A DNA stretch of 64,000 nt from Candidatus Pacearchaeota archaeon UBA92 (lineage in GTDB: Archaea; Nanobdellota; Nanobdellia; Pacearchaeales; GW2011-AR1). Both the position numbers and the translations under genes were made by a program. The stretch is from NCBI GenBank assembly GCA_002497285.1, contig DANJ01000007.1, positions 205-64,204 of the forward strand, read 5' to 3'. The notes below the pieces were generated by a model, which was not told the DNA's origin, searched no databases, and was given only the letters and a program-made list of their open reading frames with translations. Shown in pieces: positions 41,723 through 50,875 of the stretch. Each line of letters starts with the position of its first letter. Position 1 is the first letter of the stretch.

Positions 41723-43161
41723 TTGTTCATTCTGAAATTTTCAGCCTCCTCTCTTTTAGCCCATTCAGAAAGTGTTTGTGCAACTTTATCTTTCTCAGAA
41801 ACTATTGGCTCACTCACAGGCCATTCAATTCCAATAGCTGGATCATTCCATAATATTCCAGATTCTCCTTTAGGATTATAAGTGCTTGAACATTTATACT
41901 GAACTTCTGCATAATCAGAAAGAACACAGAATCCTCTAGCAAATCCAGGAGGAGCCCATACTTGTTTTTTATTTTTTTCAGAAGCCGTTTCTCCAAACCA
42001 TTTCCCAAAAGTCGGAGAATCTTTTCTTATATCAACTGCAACTAAAAATGCTTCTCCCTTAGTAACTCTCATTAGTTTGCCCATCGGAGGCTCCCATTGA
42101 AAATGAAGCCCTCTTAAGACATTTTTAACAGAACCTGAATGGCTATCCTGAACAAAATCTCTATCTATTCCAAGTTCAGAAAGTTTATCTTTTCTATAAG
42201 ATTCCATAAAGAATCCTCTATTGTCCTCAAAGACTTTTGGCACTATAACAAGTCCACCATTCAAAAATTCTTTCTCTATTGTGAAGCCCATTTTAGATTT
42301 TTGTAAATATTCCCTCAGAGCCTCTTTCCAAGGTCTCATTTCAGAGAGACCTGCCTTTTTAAGATTTATGCTAGTTAATGGGGTGTATCTAGGCCTCTGC
42401 GCTTTGTCAGGCAAAGCATTCATCTCATCAACACTAATTCGGTCTATTCTTGGAAATAGTCCTTCTATCTTACAGATTTCTTCAGCAAGTTCATAAACAG
42501 AGCAACTTCCGGAATTGGCAATATGATAAACCCCATATTCATTAGTCTTTATCAACTCAGATATCTTTTTGGCAAGATCATATGTAAATGTAGGAGAAAT
42601 TTTGTTATCGAAAACAGCTTTCATTTCCCCCTTCTTTCCTGCATTTAACAAAGTATTAATGAGATTCGATTTTTTCTGACTTCCAGAAGAAAGTCCATAA
42701 AGATAAGATGTTCTAATAATAAAGTGTTTTGAGTTATTTCTAGCAGCATATTCTCCTTCAAGTTTAGACTTTCCATAAGCATTTATTGGATTTGGCAAAT
42801 CTTCTTCATTATAAGGTTCGTCTTTTTTACCATCAAAAACATAATCTGTACTAACAGTAACAAAAACAATACCTTTCTCTTTACAAATTTTTGACAGGTT
42901 ATTAACCGCTACAACATTTACCGAATAAGCCTTTTTCTGTTCTTTTTCGCATAAATCAACTTGATGAAAAGCAGAAGTATTTATTACCACATCAGGAATG
43001 TATTTATCTATACATCTCTGAACGGATGGGTGATCTTCAACATCCAGGAATTCGCCAAATTCAGGATTACGAAATACAGGAAAGACAGCATTCTCTTTGC
43101 TTAAAATCCTGACTAAATCGCTTCCGAGCTGGCCATTAGCTCCAATTACAAGAACTTTCAT
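41719..43161 (-). CDS. Fusion protein: dTDP-4-dehydrorhamnose reductase (RmlD) domain plus dTDP-4-dehydrorhamnose 3,5-epimerase (RmlC) domain
   Basis: N-terminal VLVIGANGQLGS, STDYVFDG, YGKSKLEGE. C-terminal NRGFFMESYR, VLRGLHFQ, SPTFGKW, PPGFARGF. Confidence 0.85.
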   Translation of the reverse strand: MKVLVIGANGQLGSDLVRILSKENAVFPVFRNPEFGEFLDVEDHPSVQRCIDKYIPDVVINTSAFHQVDLCEKEQKKAYSVNVVAVNNLSKICKEKGIVFVTVSTDYVFDGKKDEPYNEEDLPNPINAYGKSKLEGEYAARNNSKHFIIRTSYLYGLSSGSQKKSNLINTLLNAGKKGEMKAVFDNKISPTFTYDLAKKISELIKTNEYGVYHIANSGSCSVYELAEEICKIEGLFPRIDRISVDEMNALPDKAQRPRYTPLTSINLKKAGLSEMRPWKEALREYLQKSKMGFTIEKEFLNGGLVIVPKVFEDNRGFFMESYRKDKLSELGIDRDFVQDSHSGSVKNVLRGLHFQWEPPMGKLMRVTKGEAFLVAVDIRKDSPTFGKWFGETASEKNKKQVWAPPGFARGFCVLSDYAEVQYKCSSTYNPKGESGILWNDPAIGIEWPVSEPIVSEKDKVAQTLSEWAKREEAENFRMNK

Positions 43162-43248
43162 AAGGTTATCTTAAAAGCATAACTTAAAAAGATTCTCGTT
43201 GTTTATCACATACTTAACATTTATAAACGAACTGAATGAAGAATTTTA

Positions 43249-44355
43249 ATGAAAATACTTGAATTAACAAATTATTCCTCAGGAATCTGCGGAGTATGGG
43301 CAAGAGTCAAGGAAGAAGCCAATAGACTGTCAAAAAATCACGAAGTGATGGTTTTTTCTTCAGACCGGATTAAAGGTGAAAATGGGACAGCGATTAGCGA
43401 AGAGAAAATTGGAAAGGTAAAAATCAAGAGATTCAAAGCGAAGAATTTAGGAGGCGAAAGTTTTATGTCCTGGGCATTTGAGAAAGAAGCAATAAAGTTT
43501 CATCCAGACATAATAATTGCTCATTCTTACAGGCATATCCACACCCTTCGAGCATTGCTTGTCGCCAGAAAAATAAAAGCAAGAGTTTTTCTAGTAACTC
43601 ATGCCCCATTTGAAAGAACTGGAAGTAGAGGACAAAAAGGCAATATTATAGTTTATTTCTATGACCAATTTGTAGGTAGAATTACCCTTAGCAAGTTTAA
43701 CAAGGTTCTTTCAATAACCAAATGGGAAAAGCCCCATCTGCTCAATTTAGGTTTAAGTGAAAAGAATATTAGCTATATTCCAAACGGGATACCTGAAGAG
43801 TTTTTTACGCAGAAGAGAAGCAAGGAAGAAAACAGAATACTTTTTCTAGGACGAATAGCCCCTATAAAAAACCTAGAAGTCCTAATAAAATCTGTTCAAT
43901 ACATCGAGAATAAAAAGATAAAACTTGAATTAGTGGGTCCAGAAGAAAAAGAGTATTCAAATTTCTTAAAAAAATTAGTCAAAGATTTAAATTTATCAGA
44001 CAGGATAATTTTTTCAAAACCGATTTACAAAACTAAAGAAAAGATAGAAAAAATAGATTCTGCAAGAATCTTTGTCCTGCCTTCAAAAAGCGAAGGTATG
44101 TCTCAGTCTCTAATAGAAGCAATGGCCAGAGAAAAAATAGTTATTGCAAGCGACAACAAGGCTTCAACTGATTTAATAGAAGATGGGAAAAACGGGCTTA
44201 TTTTCAGTACTTATAACGAAAAGGATTTGGCAGAGAAGATAAACAAGGCATTATCTGGAAAACTAAATAATATAAGGAAGGAGGCAAAAAAATCAGTAGA
44301 AAAGTTCGATTGGAAGGAAATCCTCAAAAAAATTGAAGATTTACTAGGTCCTTAG
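43249..44355 (+). CDS. Glycosyltransferase family 4 (GT-B, retaining type)
   Basis: C-terminal PSKSEGMSQSLIEAMA (E-x7-E region), 368 aa. Confidence 0.8.
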   Translation: MKILELTNYSSGICGVWARVKEEANRLSKNHEVMVFSSDRIKGENGTAISEEKIGKVKIKRFKAKNLGGESFMSWAFEKEAIKFHPDIIIAHSYRHIHTLRALLVARKIKARVFLVTHAPFERTGSRGQKGNIIVYFYDQFVGRITLSKFNKVLSITKWEKPHLLNLGLSEKNISYIPNGIPEEFFTQKRSKEENRILFLGRIAPIKNLEVLIKSVQYIENKKIKLELVGPEEKEYSNFLKKLVKDLNLSDRIIFSKPIYKTKEKIEKIDSARIFVLPSKSEGMSQSLIEAMAREKIVIASDNKASTDLIEDGKNGLIFSTYNEKDLAEKINKALSGKLNNIRKEAKKSVEKFDWKEILKKIEDLLGP

Positions 44356-45039
44356 ATAATCAGTATAATCTTTTTCATTTGCCCAATAAAATCCCTGCTG
44401 TCTTAGTCTACAGGCAAGGCAGGTTCCACAATGTTTCTCCAAATCAAGATAACAGCTAAATGTTTTGTGAAAGTCAACACCAATTTTTCTACCTAACTGA
44501 ATTATATCTTCCTTATCCATTTTTATTAAAGGCGCAATTAATTTAGACTTCCCAAATGTAGCAACTTTTTGCAAATTATTAATCTTTTCAACAAATTTAG
44601 GGCTTGTATCTGGATATCCATCACTACCTTCATTTTTGAATCCAATGAATACATCACTATTCTTCCCATCTTTAACAAAAAACGAGTCGGCCAATGAAAA
44701 GGCATAACTTAGAAAAACAGCATTTCTCGCAGGAACATAATATTTTTTAGATTCTTTATTAGTATTTCCCAAGTCTTTTTTTTGCAATTTTTTTGCAATT
44801 TTTTTAGTGTTTATCAAGGAATTAGATATTTTGCCTAATTCTCGAAGGTTCAATTCAACAAAATCAGCCTCAAGATTTTTAGCACACAATTTAGAATATT
44901 TTCTCTCATTTTCCAGAGCCCTTTGTCCATAATTAAAGAACAAAATTATTAATTTATCATATTTCAACCCTTTCTTGACATAATAAGCAGTAACAACACT
45001 ATCAAGACCGCCAGAGCACAAAATTATTGCTTTTTTCAC
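44344..45039 (-). CDS. queC: 7-cyano-7-deazaguanine (preQ0) synthase
   Basis: PP-loop ILCSGGLDS and C-terminal zinc motif C..CGTCLACRLR. Confidence 0.8.
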   Translation of the reverse strand: MKKAIILCSGGLDSVVTAYYVKKGLKYDKLIILFFNYGQRALENERKYSKLCAKNLEADFVELNLRELGKISNSLINTKKIAKKLQKKDLGNTNKESKKYYVPARNAVFLSYAFSLADSFFVKDGKNSDVFIGFKNEGSDGYPDTSPKFVEKINNLQKVATFGKSKLIAPLIKMDKEDIIQLGRKIGVDFHKTFSCYLDLEKHCGTCLACRLRQQGFYWANEKDYTDYLRT

Positions 45040-45089
45040 TATATTTCGGGCTCAATAAACTTTATAAGTTTAATTTAGCAGGCTAATTC

Positions 45090-45284
45090 ATGAAAAAGAA
45101 AGCCGAAGAGATAAAGAAAGGGGATAAGATTATTATAGGCGGGGAAGAATTAATCGTGCAAAATGTTGAATCTTCAGATATAGGAAAACAGGGGACAAAG
45201 AAGTGTAGGATAGAAGCCAGAAAAGGAGACGGAGAAATTGTTATTATCATAAGACCTGCAGACTATCCATTTTCCTGCACCTAA
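45090..45284 (+). CDS. aIF5A N-terminal-domain-like mini-protein (SH3-like barrel only)
   Basis: 64 aa. IKKGDKIIIGGEELIVQNVESSDIGKQGTKKCRIEA aligns by eye with archaeal aIF5A (LK.G.Y..IDGEPC.IV......PGKHGSAKARIEA). It has GKQG in place of GKHG and no C-terminal OB domain. Confidence 0.5.
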   Translation: MKKKAEEIKKGDKIIIGGEELIVQNVESSDIGKQGTKKCRIEARKGDGEIVIIIRPADYPFSCT

Positions 45285-46187
45285 ATGATAGACATAATTA
45301 TTACTTCTTATAACGAACCTAAAGCCACACTTAGGGCAGTAAATGCATTTCTTAATCAGAAATCCACAGATAATTTCAGAATCACTGTAGTTGACCCATT
45401 TCCAGAAGTTGGAAATTTTTTAAAAGCGAACATAAAGAGTAAAAAGTTTAACTTTTACCTTGACACTGGAGAAGGTAAGGGGTACGCCTTAAATATTTTA
45501 TTTCAAGAATATCATTCAAAAAATAAAGATGATATTTTTATTCTAACCGATGGGGATGTTTACGTTTCTCCAAATGCTCTTTCAGAGATCTTGAACAAGT
45601 TCAAAGATAATCGTGTAGGTTGTGTAACTGGAAAACCAATCGCCTTAGAATCCAAAGACAACAAGTATCAGTATTGGTCTTATCTCGCATTTAAAGGAAT
45701 ACATAGATTTAGGAAAAATCTCGCAATAAAGAAGAAATTTTTTGAGTGCTCTGGATATCTTTTTGCGATAAGGAAAGGCGTTATATTAGATTTTCCAACA
45801 CAAACGTCAGAAGATTCTATCATCCCATATTTATTTTGGAAAAAAGGGTATTTAATAGATTATGCAGATAATGCAGAGGTATATGTAAAAAACCCTGGAA
45901 ATTGGAATGACTGGCTAAATCAAAAAGTTAGAAACATAAAAGCCCATGAGAATTTGAATAAAATTGCTCCTGATATGCATAGGACAAAATCATTATTCAA
46001 TGAAATAAAAGAAGGTTTATTCTTTGCAATCAAACAACCCTCTAATTTTAAGGAACTGATCTGGGCTTTCCAATTATATCCTGCACGATTATATATTTAT
46101 TACAAGGCTTTCAAGGAAATGAAAAAAAGATCATATCAGGATGGATGGAGAGAAACCGAAATAAATTCCACAAAGCCCATGGATTGA
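45285..46187 (+). CDS. Glycosyltransferase family 2
   Basis: IIITSYNEPK, TDGDV GT-A motifs. The start abuts the stop of the upstream mini-protein gene. Confidence 0.75.
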   Translation: MIDIIITSYNEPKATLRAVNAFLNQKSTDNFRITVVDPFPEVGNFLKANIKSKKFNFYLDTGEGKGYALNILFQEYHSKNKDDIFILTDGDVYVSPNALSEILNKFKDNRVGCVTGKPIALESKDNKYQYWSYLAFKGIHRFRKNLAIKKKFFECSGYLFAIRKGVILDFPTQTSEDSIIPYLFWKKGYLIDYADNAEVYVKNPGNWNDWLNQKVRNIKAHENLNKIAPDMHRTKSLFNEIKEGLFFAIKQPSNFKELIWAFQLYPARLYIYYKAFKEMKKRSYQDGWRETEINSTKPMD

Positions 46188-47062
46188 TGGTTTCAGTTGT
46201 AATAACTTCTTTTAAAGAGCCTCAAACTATCGGAAAAGCAATAAATGCATTTCTTAATCAAGATAATTTTAATATTATTAAAGAAATAATTGTGGTTGCT
46301 CCTGACGATGAGACTTTAGACGTTGCTAAAAAAATGTCTAAAGAAAACAAGAAAGTTAAGTTTCTTAAAGATCCAGGAAAAGGAAAACCGACTGCACTCA
46401 ACTTAGTTATTCCAAAAACTCAATCAGGTATAATAGTTTTAAGTGATGGTGATGTCCAAGTTGATAAATTCGCAGTAAATGTTCTTCTAAAAGCTTTTAG
46501 GAATGATGTTGGGGCTGTTTCTGGAAGAGTAATCCAATCAAATGAAGGAGACGGACTTTTTGAATACTGGGCAAAAGTTTCTGCAAACGCAATGGACACA
46601 TCAAGAAGAAAGAAAATTAACTTTTGTACTGGTTACCTATATGCGATAAGAAAAAAACTCTATAGCCCAATACCCCTGGATATTTTTGCAGATGATGCTT
46701 ATATTTCTTTAAGCATATTAAGAAAAGGTAAGAACATAATCTATGAACCCCAAGCTAAGGTTTATGTGAGGTATCCAGATAATCTAATAGATTGGATAAG
46801 GCAAAAAAAGAGAACTGCTGGTAAAATCTACCAACTTAACAAATATTTCAAAATAAAAAAGGAGAGAGAATTTATTTCAGAATTAAAGTCTGGGCTTATC
46901 TCCTTAAACATGATAAAGATCCTAAAACATATACCCTATTTAATTTTTCTAGCCATAATGAGACTTTATATCTGGTTTAGGATATTTTTTGACTTTAGGC
47001 TTAGAAAAAGAAAGTTTGAAAAGGTTTGGCTTAGACCGATTTCAACCAAGAAAAGTTTTTAA
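46187..47062 (+). CDS. Glycosyltransferase family 2 (tandem paralog of 45285..46187)
   Basis: VVITSFKEPQTIGKAINAFLNQ, SDGDV. ATG at 46187 overlaps the upstream TGA by 1 nt. Confidence 0.75.
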   Translation: MVSVVITSFKEPQTIGKAINAFLNQDNFNIIKEIIVVAPDDETLDVAKKMSKENKKVKFLKDPGKGKPTALNLVIPKTQSGIIVLSDGDVQVDKFAVNVLLKAFRNDVGAVSGRVIQSNEGDGLFEYWAKVSANAMDTSRRKKINFCTGYLYAIRKKLYSPIPLDIFADDAYISLSILRKGKNIIYEPQAKVYVRYPDNLIDWIRQKKRTAGKIYQLNKYFKIKKEREFISELKSGLISLNMIKILKHIPYLIFLAIMRLYIWFRIFFDFRLRKRKFEKVWLRPISTKKSF

Positions 47063-47449
47063 TTTTTCGTTAAGCTCGTTTAAACTGCTTACTATTTCCA
47101 TTGAGCCTATCAAGATAGCACTCAAATATTCAAGGGCATTTTCAATAGGTTCATCTGTTTTGATGCCTATAGCCGGAATATTATTAGCATAAGCATAGCC
47201 AAGTTCCCACGCAGTGCCAGCACCAACATGCAAGCCATCAAGAGCAGCAACAACCAATTTAACATCTTTAAATCCTTTTTTTATATCTCCTTCAAAAATT
47301 CTATCTATATCATTAATTCCTTTGACAATACCGACATCCCTATGTGGTAAAAATGTCTCAAATCCAAGATTCTTGCAAATTTTATCTATTTCTTCTAAGA
47401 GATTTATCTCACTAGTATTGCCAAGTTTTCCCGCAATGTAGATTTTCAT
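47042..47449 (-). CDS. Nucleoside 2-deoxyribosyltransferase-like family protein
   Basis: MKIYIAGKL start, GTAWELGYAYA motif, 135 aa. Confidence 0.6.
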   Translation of the reverse strand: MKIYIAGKLGNTSEINLLEEIDKICKNLGFETFLPHRDVGIVKGINDIDRIFEGDIKKGFKDVKLVVAALDGLHVGAGTAWELGYAYANNIPAIGIKTDEPIENALEYLSAILIGSMEIVSSLNELNEKLKTFLG

Positions 47450-47518
47450 AAAAATCCTTTAATTTCTCGATTTAAATAAGTTCACAATGTTTAAAAGATA
47501 AGTTATTTTAGATTTTTT

Positions 47519-48499
47519 ATGACTCAAAAGATACTGGTAATAAAACTCGGAGCAAAGGGAGATGTTATAAGAACTCTTTCTATTCTCCCGGCAATGAAGA
47601 AGAAATTTCCAGAATCCGAAATAACTTGGATTACCAAATCAAATATTTCTGATTTATTAGGGAAAGTGGAAAACATAGACAGAGTTTTAACGATTCCCTT
47701 AGATTTAAATGAAGAATTTGATATTCTATACAATTTAGATATAGAAAAAGAAGCGACAGATTTAGCAATAAATATAAAATCAAATAAAAAATATGGCTTC
47801 TATTCAGAGGGAGGGTATCCTGCAGCTTTTAACATGGGAACTGAGTATTATCTAAATACGTTATTCGATGACGAACTAAAGAAGAATAACAAAAAAACAT
47901 ATCAGGAAATGATATTTGAACTAGCTGAACTACCTTATGATAAGGAACTTTGTGGGATAAGTCTTACAGAAGAATCTACAAAATATGCCCAGGATTTTCT
48001 AAAATTGAATAATCTCGATAACAAGAAAATAATAGGTCTTCACATGGGCTCATCTCCAAGATGGCCTTCTAAAGCTTGGTCAGAGGAGAGGGTAAAAGAG
48101 TTTATCAAAAAAGCAGGAGACAAAGGATACAAAATAATCCTTTTTGGAGGCCCAGATGAAATAGAATCTCATCCTAAAATAATAGAAGAACTAAAATTAG
48201 AAGGATACCCTGTAGCAAGAAATAACCCTTTCAATTCAAATTCAGAATTTGCTTCATTAATAAACTTGTGCGATAAGGTGGTCTGTTCAGATAGTTTTGC
48301 ACTCCATATTGCCCTCGCGTTAAAAAAAGAAGTAATCGGCCTTTTTTTCTGTACCTCTCCAGATGAAGTTGAAGATTACGGGCTTCTAAAAAAAATTATA
48401 GCCACAAGGATATATGAATTTTTTCCTGAAAAAATGAATCTTTATGATGAAGATTTAGTCAAAAGTATTTCTGCAGATGAAGTCCTCAAAAATATTTAA
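47519..48499 (+). CDS. Glycosyltransferase family 9 (heptosyltransferase-like)
   Basis: ILVIKLGAKGDVIRTLSILPAMKKKFP, GSSPRWPSKAW, SDSFALHIALAL motifs typical of GT9. Confidence 0.75.
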   Translation: MTQKILVIKLGAKGDVIRTLSILPAMKKKFPESEITWITKSNISDLLGKVENIDRVLTIPLDLNEEFDILYNLDIEKEATDLAINIKSNKKYGFYSEGGYPAAFNMGTEYYLNTLFDDELKKNNKKTYQEMIFELAELPYDKELCGISLTEESTKYAQDFLKLNNLDNKKIIGLHMGSSPRWPSKAWSEERVKEFIKKAGDKGYKIILFGGPDEIESHPKIIEELKLEGYPVARNNPFNSNSEFASLINLCDKVVCSDSFALHIALALKKEVIGLFFCTSPDEVEDYGLLKKIIATRIYEFFPEKMNLYDEDLVKSISADEVLKNI

Positions 48500-50134
48500 C
48501 TACTTCCTCTTCAAAATATAATAGTCCCCTATCTGTTTAATCCCCTCAAAGCTTCCAAGATTTTCTTCACCGATTCTGCTAAAATCTTTCTCAAGCATGA
48601 CAATATATTCAACTTTCTCATTATTCAAAACCCATTCATCAAGACGCACCTCATCATTATACACAAAAGTTAAGTCATAATATCGATTATATCCAAGGTA
48701 ATATCCGATATCCGGATAAGTTGCTATATTTTCAGAAGATATATTCCTATCTTGGAAATAAGATACAACCCCCCTTATCCCTTGAGTTCCATAAAGATTA
48801 TGTGTAGAATAAGAGGCAGTTGCCTGTATTATCCCAATATAAAGATACAATGTAAATGTCAGCACGCATAATAAAATAATAAATTTGTTTTTTGTCTTAG
48901 ATTTATACATCACAAAAATACCAATTATTATCGGAGCTACAAAATATAACCATAATCTTGTAGACATTGCACTTATAACTGCAGAAAATGAAGTCACGCC
49001 AGAAATCAATTGAATTTCAGGAATTAAAGGGTCTCCAAGGGTGAAAAATAAGTATATTGGAATAACAATCAATAATATAACTATCCAGGCAAAATCCTTT
49101 TTATCAATTTTCACTTTTAATTTCTGCAACATAAAAGCAGAGAATATCGAAATAAATGGAAGGGCAGTGATATAATACTTTGGAAAGTTCCATCCTGTTG
49201 GACCTATAAATAAAAAGAATAATATCGTTATCATTCCCATCAGCCACACAAAGGTTATCTCTTTATGCTGTTTGTAATTTTTATTCTTGATAAAATAGTA
49301 AGATAAAATAAAAAATAGCAGAATAAAGAAAGGAACCGCAAAATAAAAAAATAATTTCACGGACCATATAGACCTTGAAACAGTGGACGTGGTGTTTTTT
49401 ATGATTTCATGAATATGGTTAAGAATAGAACTGTGCTCAAATGGAGTCATAAATCTTAGTCCAAGAAAGCTAGTGTAAAGCAAGAACTGGAAAAGAAACA
49501 ATGCTATTCCCGAACCAATAATAAACAAGTTTTTCTTTAAGTCTTTTAAGTTCCAGTAAATCAAGCTATAAAAGAACAAAGCCCCAATGATTATGACGAC
49601 TCCAGTAAATTTAGTCCAAAGAACAAGAAGGAATGACAATATCAGATAAATAGAATTTTTCCCCTTAACAAATAAAAACGCAAAAAGGAGAGTAAAAAAA
49701 TTAAGAACCCCTCCATCCATATCTAGTATTATCGAGCTTTGTATCGTTAGAGGATTTAAGGCGTAAAAAGCTATGGCAAGCAACGCCCATTTTTCATTCT
49801 CCTTTCCTAACAAAAAGAGGCTGAGAAAATAGACTAACAAAATTACTCCCACATTAAACAGGATTGATAAAAGTCTCAAAGATATCTCGCTACTTCCAAG
49901 AAACCGAATTAACATTGAAAGCAGATATATGTAGATGGGTGGATGAAACAAACCCTCATCCTTAGTATTCATAAAATTATAATTGAAAACAGGACTTCCA
50001 GTTTCAACAATTGAATTGGCAGTTTTGATAAATATGACTTCATCACCCATAAACGGTTTGTCTATAGAAGAAAGAACAAATATCAAATGCAACAATATAA
50101 TCAAAACGATGTAAAAAAGACGCTTTTTATTCAT
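48500..50134 (-). CDS. GT-C fold membrane glycosyltransferase (ArnT/PMT_2-like)
   Basis: 544 aa, at least 12 TM segments, acidic first-loop motif FMGDEVIF, soluble C-terminal domain. Confidence 0.65.
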   Translation of the reverse strand: MNKKRLFYIVLIILLHLIFVLSSIDKPFMGDEVIFIKTANSIVETGSPVFNYNFMNTKDEGLFHPPIYIYLLSMLIRFLGSSEISLRLLSILFNVGVILLVYFLSLFLLGKENEKWALLAIAFYALNPLTIQSSIILDMDGGVLNFFTLLFAFLFVKGKNSIYLILSFLLVLWTKFTGVVIIIGALFFYSLIYWNLKDLKKNLFIIGSGIALFLFQFLLYTSFLGLRFMTPFEHSSILNHIHEIIKNTTSTVSRSIWSVKLFFYFAVPFFILLFFILSYYFIKNKNYKQHKEITFVWLMGMITILFFLFIGPTGWNFPKYYITALPFISIFSAFMLQKLKVKIDKKDFAWIVILLIVIPIYLFFTLGDPLIPEIQLISGVTSFSAVISAMSTRLWLYFVAPIIIGIFVMYKSKTKNKFIILLCVLTFTLYLYIGIIQATASYSTHNLYGTQGIRGVVSYFQDRNISSENIATYPDIGYYLGYNRYYDLTFVYNDEVRLDEWVLNNEKVEYIVMLEKDFSRIGEENLGSFEGIKQIGDYYILKRK

Positions 50135-50158
50135 AAAAACATGAGCTAGGGGTTATTT

Positions 50159-50875
50159 TTAAAGATTCTTATCAGAATCGGACTTTCTTTTTATGTACTC
50201 AGAAGATCTAAACAAAGATTCAAATGTTCCCGCATCAGACCAAAATCCCTGAACAACTTTGTAATCCATCTTTCCACTTTTTATATAGAAGTTATTTACA
50301 TCAGTTAACTCAAGTTCTCCCCTAGCAGAGGGTTTAAGATTTTTTATAAAATCGAAGACTCGATTATCATAAACATATAATCCAGTTACTGCATAATTTG
50401 TCTTTGGTGCTAGCGGTTTTTCTTCCACGCCAATGATTTTGTCTTCAGAAAATTCTGCAACTCCAAACCTTTCAGGGTCTGGAACAGTCTTAATAAAAAT
50501 TCTTGCGCCCTCACCAAAGTCAGACACTTCAAAAGTATCTTCAAAAATATTATCTCCAAGAATCACAGTAACTTTATCATCTTTAGCAAAATCTTCAGCA
50601 AGTCCCAATGCCTGAGCAATTCCCCCTGCCTCATCCTGAACTTTATAAGAAAGATTTAATCCAAACTGCCTTCCGCTCCCCAATAAGCCGATTATATGAC
50701 CAACATGTTCTTTTCCAGATATGATAAGCATATCATTTATACCCATTTTTTTCAAGGTATCAAGAGGATAAAGTATCATTGGTTTGTTATAAATCGGAAG
50801 AAGATGCTTATTAGTTACCTGTGTCGCAGGCAACATTCTGGACCCTGTTCCCCCTGCAAGTATCACTCCCTTCAT
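50159..50875 (-). CDS. rmlA: Glucose-1-phosphate thymidylyltransferase-like sugar nucleotidyltransferase
   Basis: KGVILAGGTGSRM, GIAQAL, LGDNIF motifs. ATG at 50875 forms an ATGA overlap with the rmlB stop. Confidence 0.8.
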   Translation of the reverse strand: MKGVILAGGTGSRMLPATQVTNKHLLPIYNKPMILYPLDTLKKMGINDMLIISGKEHVGHIIGLLGSGRQFGLNLSYKVQDEAGGIAQALGLAEDFAKDDKVTVILGDNIFEDTFEVSDFGEGARIFIKTVPDPERFGVAEFSEDKIIGVEEKPLAPKTNYAVTGLYVYDNRVFDFIKNLKPSARGELELTDVNNFYIKSGKMDYKVVQGFWSDAGTFESLFRSSEYIKRKSDSDKNL

